64,000 nucleotides of DNA from Laetmonice hystrix (Eukaryota). Below the pieces are notes generated by a model. It was given only the letters and a program-made list of their open reading frames with translations, was not told the DNA's origin and made no database searches. Made by a program: the position numbers and the translations under genes. Shown one piece after another: positions 55,149-64,000 of this stretch (position 1 is the first letter of the stretch; each line of letters opens with the position of its first letter). The stretch lies in assembly GCA_965235115.1 (NCBI GenBank), contig OZ249437.1:43896001-43960000 (forward strand), written 5' to 3'.

Positions 55149-58100
55149 TGCGATGATGTTGCGGTCGTCACCTGTGGACATTAGAAATATTCCGGATAGG
55201 CCTACACATTTAAACATAATTCCAATCCTTTCCCTTTCTCACACACGGGCATTTTATTTTCATAACATTATGGTTATTCATAGGTACATTATTAAAGACA
55301 AGCCTACACTCTGAACAATAATATAAACTTTTGTCTGCAGGCTCTTTGAATCGCATTACATGCGCCTAGATACCTGCGTCGGATTTTGCTCACCTACGTG
55401 AAGAAATTTCTGTATTTTATCGTCGATACTATCTGTGCTGAGGATATCGACGGGAGAGTCCAGCACCGACAGGTCGACTCTGATGGCATCAAACTCCTTT
55501 CCGACAGTAAAGTTACCGATCCTGGTCTCTATATCTAATACTAGAAGAAACAGAGCCGGGGAGTCACAGAGTTACCATGTTGTCCTCTAGTATTGACGTC
55601 GAGGCCCCGACACACAGACATGGTGGCCTACTGTTTAAACATATAGATCTAGGCCTATAAAAAACGAACGCTGGAAATAGCTCTAAAATGACATTACACT
55701 GATAACCGCACAATTGCTATGATTAACTTTCAAATAAACAAAATGAATCGTTTCCTGGCGACAATCAACTTATCGCAAGACATTTTCGGACACTTCTTAC
55801 CCTCAGCGCCACCTAGTGTTGCAAGTTGAAATGCATCCTTGTAATCCAATGGCCGATAGGTGGCGTCTCGATAGAAAGAGACTGCGTTTGAGGTATGAAC
55901 AGCCATGCGCTGAGCGTTCAATATCGACGGGGAATAGCCTCCAGCTATATCTACAAATACATTTTAATGAAATCATGAGGAGGCGGGGATATTATATGGC
56001 GGCGATGAATTATGTATTATTTTGCCTAGGTTTTTCAAGTTGACTGACATTCCAAGACAGGTGCACCTGATTACGAATTCATAAGTTTATGATGCATCGG
56101 TAAACTTTTCAAACGTAAAGGGTCATTGAATTTCATTTCCCCGTGGCCGTGAAGGTCAGTCTCCCAAGAATATGCAGTAAGGAAATATCATCAGTATACA
56201 GTCGGGGAAGTAGCTTAAAAACGGGGATGGCGTCAGGTTGTCCCAGGTAACCTACACTGTATAACACTCGAATAACATGCATTCCTGCCTCTTGTATAAT
56301 AAATAGTGATGGGCCTATATAGGGTCTACCCCAAGTAACCACCCACTCGTCATTTTGAACATATACCTTGCAATGGTTTCACCCTTTTTGCCTTTGGAAT
56401 TTTTAAGGGGACGGGGAGGGACAATATTCTTGTCAAAAGTTACGGTCCTACAAAACTGGCGTCAGTTTAAATCTCGTACCTGTACCGAGACCTAGTTTCA
56501 CCCCAATATCCTTAACCCGCCGTACGTCCAGCATTCCGCTACGTAAGCTAGACAGATGAAAAACGAGGCTCTCCAGTAAAACAGTATTACATTGTTGCTC
56601 ATTCCGGATGTCTCACTACGTTGGCAACTAGAACACGGGTTACCCCAACGTACAAGGTGCAGTTCATTAAACACCTCATTGAATCTTTTCAAAGTCTAAA
56701 TTACCTTAATGTTATTACCATAAATCTAATGAGACTGTACTAAAATAGGTTTAATTTATTAATTACGATATATCTCTTAATTTGATTAAATAATGTGGCA
56801 TTAGCATACCTGAGATTTGAATTCGGACAATGAGCTATACCACTTCCCTCCTGTTTAAAGGTTTCAAGTTGGTCGTCCGTCAGGTAGATGCCATGTGCTA
56901 CAATTGTCTGTCGAACACAGAAACAGAAGAGACCCGGACATAGAGCAAGCAAAGTGAAGGAAGTTTTAAAAATATGACTATCATTTATTTTGAATGGAAA
57001 CAGAGTAGGCCTACTGTAGGGAGTGCAAAGTAAGGTCAACTCAAGGGCACTGTTGAGGGGGGTGGCAACCACCTATGACCTTGCAGTATGACCTTGCAGG
57101 ACCGTCACCTTACGGGTCAGTAATCCGTGTGATTTGAAAATTCCAGCGCAGCAATCATGGTCCGGGCGAAGCTCTCGTACCCACTGAACTTCCGGTTTGG
57201 TTTCACACATGTGAGTCTGGAGAGGAGCATAATTCATCAGAGACCAACACGTTGAATCATGCAGGTTTTAAGTAACTCGGCAGTCATACACCAACACGTT
57301 TAGCCCCGTAAAACATTCCTAGATCCGCTGGTGCCATCGGAGGCTCATATCAGGGGACCATATTATAATAGTTTGATTGATTTCTGGAATATTCTTATAC
57401 CCAGGGCGTGTCTAACAAATTGGGCTTTGAAGCAGGCGTATTTCAATTTGTTCCCACCTGCACTGGAATATTGTACTTTTTGGCCAGTTGTCCAAGGCTC
57501 GTCAGTAGATCCGCTGTGACACTAGGTACGAACCTTGGGGTGATCACAGGAGTTAAAAGATGATTCTGAAATGTGGTATTTCAATCTTTAAGCTAGAGCA
57601 TATCAATGGTTTGTTGGCCAAGATGGTAGGACGATTTTTTACCCAAAGTCACGTGGTGAAGGAATCAAGGTACGTGTATACAGAAGATATAGAGATACTC
57701 GACACACACATTAGGATTGATTCTCACGGATTATCATACTGAGTGATTCACTCGCGTCTGACTTTCCTACCTGTTTTGCAATAACGGCCTGGATGAATCT
57801 GAAATGAAAAGGGTTCCGCAAAATATTACAAGTGGATCAAATTGTGTGGTTTTTTTAAACAACAGGGAGTGTAATTTTTACCATGTAGAGTACCTAGTGT
57901 AATTTGTATGCTTTGGCTGACGTACGTTTCTGTGTTTTTTAAACTGTCGGAGGTCTTCTCTTTGTAAGACTCGGGAGCTTTCCAGTCCATGTTGACCTTT
58001 CCTACTAGCGCTCTTTGTCCATATTCCTCTGAAAGATTCAAATATACCAGATGAATATGTATAAGGACATGCTGGCAATGCTTCAGATATAAATAAATCC

Positions 58101-60590
58101 TTCATTATAATACTGTATCTTCCAATCAAATTCCCTGAGAAAACATTTGAAATGAAGTGAGCAAAATAATTTGACAAAACGTTCCATTCATCGGTTTGAA
58201 AAAGACGCAGTCAAACAGGGCTGCTCACCAACTGGCCATGACGTCATCAGTGAGGCAAGAATAAATGCTTTGGTGACGTCATAACCAATGAATTTTTTGG
58301 GCTAGAGGGTATCAAGGAATAGCACACTGACTACGCGGATGGATTGTGATGTGCTTCATATTAATGTCTCACCCAATGCAGCTCCATACTTCCCTTCGTC
58401 CAGCGTCTAATAATAATAATTAAATCTGGGCGGTGCCATGGCTTACCAATAATGTCGCAGAGTTTGAGCGTGGCCGGGAGGTGGATGGTGGCATAGTAGG
58501 AGGCGGTCGTTGTACCATTCTGTAGAACCCGTCTCTTACAAACAGATGGGAACAACGCCATGATTATGAACACTTCATATTACATCGGGTACTTCGTTAT
58601 GTTGCAGGAAAGACAACGTTAAGGGGCGATTCCACTAAGGCGATTGTCCTCGCAACGTTTAGGAATTTACGATATTTAATTTAAAAGGTGGGATTTCTCT
58701 CTGTAATTCTTCCTGGCTGTCCTACCCTGTTTTTAATCTCAAAATCACAGTGAAACATGAAAGGGTGCCGCGGCGATATTCGATTTCCAGGAGATACTTT
58801 TCTCAGACACAGTGTACAGTGAAGGTTTACGTACCACTGCTTTTCGATAGATTTCTTCAGCAAAAGTGACATCGGAATACCGGCTTTCAAATGGGTAGGT
58901 GTATTTATCGAGCCACTCGAGTAGCGGCAGGTCAAGGCCGAGGCCAGCATAGCCGTACTGCGGTGCGTGGATGTGCGTGTCCACGAAACCTGGCATGAGA
59001 AACTGGCTGAAAGGGAAATAAATGCTATATTACTCTGGCTGGGAAAGGACATGTAAAACCCTCTTTTTTTCATTTTCCCGACATTTCATTTTCCTTACTT
59101 TTTTTTAGCTAAAATTATTTTTTGTTTTGTTATCACGACATTCCACTTCCGTTTTTCTGACTTTTCACTTCCGCTTTCCCGAGTTCTCACTTCCGTTTTC
59201 CTGACTTTTTACTTTCGTTTTCCCGACTTTTTTGCTTTTTGTTCAACACTTTTTTTCAATTTCTCGACTTTTCAGTTTCCTGACTTCTTTTAAGCTAAAA
59301 AAGTTTTTCCCACAACTTTTCATTTCCGTTTTCCCAAGTTTTCATATCCGTTTCATAGGGGTTGCTGGCGCTCATCCGGAGAGATACTTGTATCAACTCT
59401 ATAGTGTCAGAGCCGGGAACAAGCTAAGTAACCACGGACCCAAACAGAACGGAAGTACAGTTAAAAACGGTGAGGAATCCACCATGCTGAGCCAGCTGCA
59501 AGAAAAACTTAGTCGGTGACGTAAAAAAACATGGCGAAAAGTCATTATCAGGCCCACTCTGCGGCACAGACAATGGCCTGAGTGGAGGCCACTTTTGAGT
59601 GTGGAATAAAATATCGGGAAAACGGAAGAGAGAAGTCAGGAAAACGGAAGTGAAATGTCGAGAAAAAGAATAGCAGCAAAAAGTCGAGAAAATGAGAAAA
59701 AAATTAACAAAATCGGGAAAACGGAAGTGAGTAGTCAGGAAAACGGAAGTGAAATGTCGAGAGAAAAAAGGGGGGAAAATCAGAAAAACGTAAAGTCGAG
59801 AAAATGAAAAAAAAGAAGAGTACAAAATGCAAAATAAGTCGGGAAAACAAAAGTGATAAGTCAGGAAAATGGTACGCGTACTCACCTGTCGGACAGGGTT
59901 ACCACATCCCGCGACCTGAATCCATAAGTCTGACTCAACTCTTCCACCTGGCAGCCACGCTCAACGAAAATGATCTGCAGACCATGCAGGCGGTAACAAA
60001 CTGCCTTAACTTGTCAAATAAAGTGTGTTTATGGTAATGTCTTAAAGAGGATATCTCACACGCCGACGCGTCCAGAAACCTCCGATTTATGCTTCCCACC
60101 TCACAATGGAAGTACTTTATGGCACTGAATGCTTGTTATATTGATTCTGTGCTATAAAACTATACACTGTACCTTCGATATCATTCACCACAGAATCTCA
60201 ATCTAATTGGGGATCTTTATCCTTTTTTTAAACACAATACCCATGTGAGACATTATCTTTGGTGAAAGGCAACGTCTTATTTAAAATTCATGAGACAAAC
60301 CACCTTACCCTTAACCACCCCCCCCCCCCTCCAAAAAAAACCACCCCCACCCCAGTAGTCTATGCCTTCAAAATGGATTTTCTGCAGCGTCTCTTCCAAA
60401 TGTGTAATACAGCGATTACGTTAAATGGGGATTTTTCTTGTCTTGTCTTGTCTTGTCTGTGTTTAGTCAGGTACATGCCTACCTTCCCGTGCTCCACGCC
60501 AATCAGGTAATCATCCAATACTTGCAAGGGTTCAGTGTGCGTGGAATGAACCAAGTTTCCGCGAAATAGCAGCATTTCTCGCTTCGACAT
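55104..60590 (-). CDS. GDA: Guanine deaminase (cypin), 13 coding exons, about 444 aa
   Basis: Exons 60590-60483, 59974-59886, 59006-58835, 58534-58447, 58028-57926, 57798-57771, 57565-57458, 57216-57109, 56907-56810, 56547-56480, 55950-55801, 55540-55394, 55171-55104; 1335 nt, phase-consistent. Motifs FRGNLVHST, MPGFVDTHIHAPQY, LPLLEWLDKYTYP, QNGTTTASYYATIH, YGQRALVGKVNMD, PVITPRF, THMCE, AHCPNSNLSL, GLGTDIAGGYS, LATLGG, GKEFDA, GDDRNI. Confidence 0.97.
59070..59870. mobile_element. Foldback element with modular subrepeat arms filling GDA intron 2
   Basis: Left arm (about 59085-59345) is rich in CACTTCCGTTTTCCTGACT and TTCTCGACTTTT. Right arm (about 59612-59869) carries the reverse complements. 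Unique core of about 260 bp. Confidence 0.75.
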
Positions 60591-60982
60591 GCTACGGTAA
60601 GAAAAATTAGTATGGATGATCAGTAATCAAATAGGGGTAGAAAATGTGTCATCACGTAACTATGACATCGCAGGCCGTCATAAAATGGCGGAAAAGATAA
60701 CTTCTTTTATTTTTTTATGAAAGGCAGCCTCATCATTGAATAGAACTAGCAAAACATGAGACAGATTCAATGTTAAACGTACTCTAAAAAACACTATAGA
60801 GCTCTCGAACGGACTAGGCCTATCATGAAACTGTCCAAGACTTCTAACTTTTCTGTTCCACCTTCTGACACAACAATGAATGTGAATATTTAAGTCGTTA
60901 GGAGTCATCAACCAGGGTGAAGATGCCATTAGTGCGAGTTCGCCCTATATATTTATGCAGTGGCGCGGCGAAGCCTACGAAG

Positions 60983-60985
<3 letters not shown>

Positions 60986-61014
<29 letters not shown>
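60986..61014. repeat. (CT)n microsatellite
   Basis: About 14 CT units. Confidence 0.95.
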
Positions 61015-61018
<4 letters not shown>

Positions 61019-62518
61019 GGAACGTTCAAATCAAACATAAACAACCCACCCCCATTGGCACCCCCCTTGGCAACCACAACCCCCACCCCCTTGGTGCCCC
61101 TGTTAGGTTAACTTCAACGGGCCCTTTCACGATCCCCTCCCCTATATACCACGTTATCTGACATATGCCTAAATGGGACGCAATGATATATAGGCCTGCA
61201 TCGTCAGTCCCAAACTAGGCCATTCTAAAACCATAGGGCCTACGTCACCTTTGTTCAGCTCAAGCGACACAAAGAACATACACTTGCAATTAGCACATAT
61301 AGATAGCATTAGCATTAGGCCTATATATGTATGTTATAAGCACAGTGATTACATCTGTAGGCCGAAATAAGCCATGAGAAGACCTATACTTACACCGCAC
61401 TGCAGGTCATACGTTACTGCATGCTGTCACATGAGGGTGCCTGATACTCGCACTCGGGATAAATTCAAATCCCTGGTTGGTGTACAGTCCACCCCAACCA
61501 CCAAGACTTGAACCAGGCACGATAGCTAAGCGTTTGCTGTCACGGCAGCTGCTGTGACCAAGTAGGGGTGTGTGACGTCGCAGGGGCGCCGCTGCCTATT
61601 TCAAATCCAAGTCAAGCATGGGGTGAATGTGTGAGTCAAACAGAATCTCATATCTCATGCGTATAATGTACCATGGCAGATTAAACCATAAAGGTGTTAT
61701 AATAATTTCATTTAGAAAAGGTACACAAAATTAACTGAAATTGTAAAATCCGCCACTGCATGCATTGGACCAAATTTAGCCTAAAAACTAGAACTGTAGT
61801 CAGGGCTTATCTTCATGCCATCTATGTTTTAAAGAACGGGAAATATTTTGGTTCAATTGTACTCTATGGATTTGCACCGCTTTGTAGATCATGTTGGAAA
61901 TCTCCACTCACCTTGAACTAATTTCCTATGAGGATTCCCATTCATAGTTATTGCCTCATGCAGCCAATAAGGTCACCTTGTCATTGTGTCATTCGTCATC
62001 ATAAACTATAGTAAAGTAGAAACAGGACTCCACATGTTTGTATAGTTCAGCTTTAAAAAAAAATGAAAGGAAAAATATACTGACCCAAATTTTAGGCAGG
62101 TGGCGTACATGTATTGGCAGCTCAACGTCACTGAGGTATAGATACTTGTTTCTTCAGCGTATATATAACGACGTCAGGACGATCAACTGTGGAAATCTTT
62201 ACGAACAGTATTTGATGCCTTACACCTTTATGCATGCATGGTGGCGAACCATGTATAGATCTATTAGTATACAGTGCCACAGGTATACGAGACAGGCGGT
62301 GCGAAGTATACTGAGACCTCGTGAACTTGTAGGCGAAGTATTGCAACCTTGGCAAGTATTTGGGTGTAAGCATTAGAACCCTGGTAAACATTTAGGTGTG
62401 AAGTACGGGGACGATAAGATATAGCTATGATTGTCTAGATATTCCGACGTCAAGGTCACCTGGATTAAATATAATCACGTGCTGGTATTTGTCCCGAGAC
62501 GTCATGTAGGCTGTAGAG

Positions 62519-62644
62519 GGACCGAGATACACGGTAGGGTATCGGACCAAGATACACGGTAGGGTATAGGACCGAGATACACGGTAGGGTATAGGACCGA
62601 GATACACGGTAGGGTATAGGACCGAGATACACGGTAGGGTATAG
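62519..62644. repeat. 25-bp minisatellite, 5 copies
   Basis: ACCGAGATACACGGTAGGGTATAGG at 62521, 62546, 62571, 62596, 62621. Confidence 0.95.
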
Positions 62645-62649
62645 CTAGG

Positions 62650-62854
62650 CTAAATTAAGGGCATTTTTGTAAGACACTAGTGTAAAAAGTGCATTATTTT
62701 AACCAGAGGAAATCTTCATATTTTCAAACAAGACGTTCGGAGATTGCATTATTTGATGTCTTTTTTTTCAATTCCCAGAGGAGCATTTATATTTATATAC
62801 TGATACGTTCTACAACTCCATTACAAACTTAGGCCTACATCCTCTTGACTTGCA
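62650..62854 (+). repeat. Dispersed about 200-bp repeat, copy 2
   Basis: Direct-orientation copy of 54524-54726. Confidence 0.9.
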
Positions 62855-63536
62855 CACAGAAAATCTCAGCGGGCAAAAACTACTCAAATATTCGTCAATC
62901 TGAGTAGTTTTGCCTACTCAATCCAAGTACCTCAAAAGGAGTAGTTTTGGGTACTTAAATCTTCCTGTCTGACGAAGGTAAACTCGCCAATTCGTCAAAA
63001 ATTCGTCAGAAACTCGTCATCATTTGTAAATAGGTGTTATAATTTCTTTTCTTTTCTGAACCAAGAGAACGCCGTCCAGTACTGTAAAGGGGGACTTATA
63101 TACCTGAAACAGAGGGCGCCATTTTTATGGATTACGTGTAAATACAAAGGAATTAAGCAAAATCAATTTTGAACAAAAAAAGAAATACAAAACATGTCTT
63201 TTTCATATAGATTTTAATGTAGGCCTATTACAAAGGTCACATCCATTCAATATCCAGTCACGATACCCACGAACGTCACTGATAAGAAGTGAAATGGCCA
63301 TGATGTTTTCCTGGCCATTTCTTGGACGAATAAACCTTTCGTCTCAAGCCACGACAGGCCTTCCAGCCCATTCAAAGCAAACTGGAATCAAAGCAAAAAT
63401 TATCCCTTGGAGAAATAAACCTTTTTGTCTCCTACCATGACAGACCTCCCAGCACATTAAAAGGAAAAACTTGATTACAAAAATAGGTACACAATTATCC
63501 TGGTTTCATTTTGAGGCTGCCTCGAGTTCATTGCAA

Positions 63537-63826
63537 CCTATAATTAATCTGATATTTTCTATTGTTAATCTATAATTCTATATTTATAATCTATATCTAT
63601 AATTCTATATTTAATTTTATATTTAATTTTATATGTAATTCTATACTTAATTCTATACTTAAGGTTCATATAATTAATTCTATAATTAATCTATAATTCT
63701 ATATTCTATATTTAATTAATATTATATCTATATTTATCATATCTATATTTATATTATATTTATATTTAATTAATAAATCTTCTATTTCTTTTTCTATTTT
63801 TATTCTAATTCTAATTTCTAATTAAT
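63537..63826. repeat. Extremely AT-rich low-complexity tract
   Basis: Degenerate TATAATTCTATAT-type units, almost no G. Confidence 0.9.
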
Positions 63827-63882
63827 CTGTTGATCGTCGCAAGGATCACAGCTGGCTCGAACAGTGAAAACCCGATAATCAG

Positions 63883-64000
63883 ATGCCGCTTGACCTACCT
63901 ACACCACATCGTACACGTAACATGGTCCTCATGGTCGTGAATCGTGATGGCTCACTGTCACAAGGTTGCCTCATCATGAACGGGTATAAATATGTCCGAA
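63883..64000 (+). CDS. Possible start of a FLYWCH-like/transposase ORF, truncated by the window edge
   Basis: MPLDLPTPHRTRNMVLMVVNRDGSLSQGCLIMNGYKYVR. The GxLxxxGYxY pattern resembles a FLYWCH zinc-finger start. Only 39 codons are visible. Confidence 0.3.
   Translation, partial: MPLDLPTPHRTRNMVLMVVNRDGSLSQGCLIMNGYKYVR

Noticed and set aside
59232-59885. Phe-rich ORFs (also the Lys-rich ORF at 51325-51540)
   Set aside because: Low-complexity translations of foldback arms inside an intron or intergenic DNA.

Overview
Eukaryotic, intron-rich genomic DNA from an invertebrate animal. The organism is inferred to be a non-vertebrate deuterostome (echinoderm-like) from gene content and pervasive TAGGCCTA; this cannot be proven from the sequence. 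Hand-splicing (GT-AG sites, phases checked) gives six protein-coding genes. (1) An intronless tandem-CABIT THEMIS/GAREM-like gene (-, 2702-4498). (2) TGS1 trimethylguanosine synthase (+, 10 coding exons, 5990-11674), divergent from the CABIT gene. (3) An aveugle/SAMD10-12 SAM-domain gene (-, 20886-22192). (4) TRAIP RING E3 ligase (-, 39043-41926). (5) An unnamed 7-exon gene fusing an uncharacterised beta-rich N-terminal domain to ubiquitin-like domains lacking the di-Gly tail (-, 45814-50360); this is the best novelty candidate. (6) Guanine deaminase GDA (-, 13 exons, 55104-60590), whose last 15 codons including the stop are tandemly repeated into the 3' UTR. Non-coding space holds many MITEs/foldback elements, a nested Tc1/mariner derivative, a young tRNA-derived SINE with a 12-bp TSD, minisatellites (one with a higher-order repeat) and several low-confidence candidate spliced transcripts. 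No rRNA, true tRNA or CRISPR array is supported. Family assignments rely on recalled motifs, not database searches.
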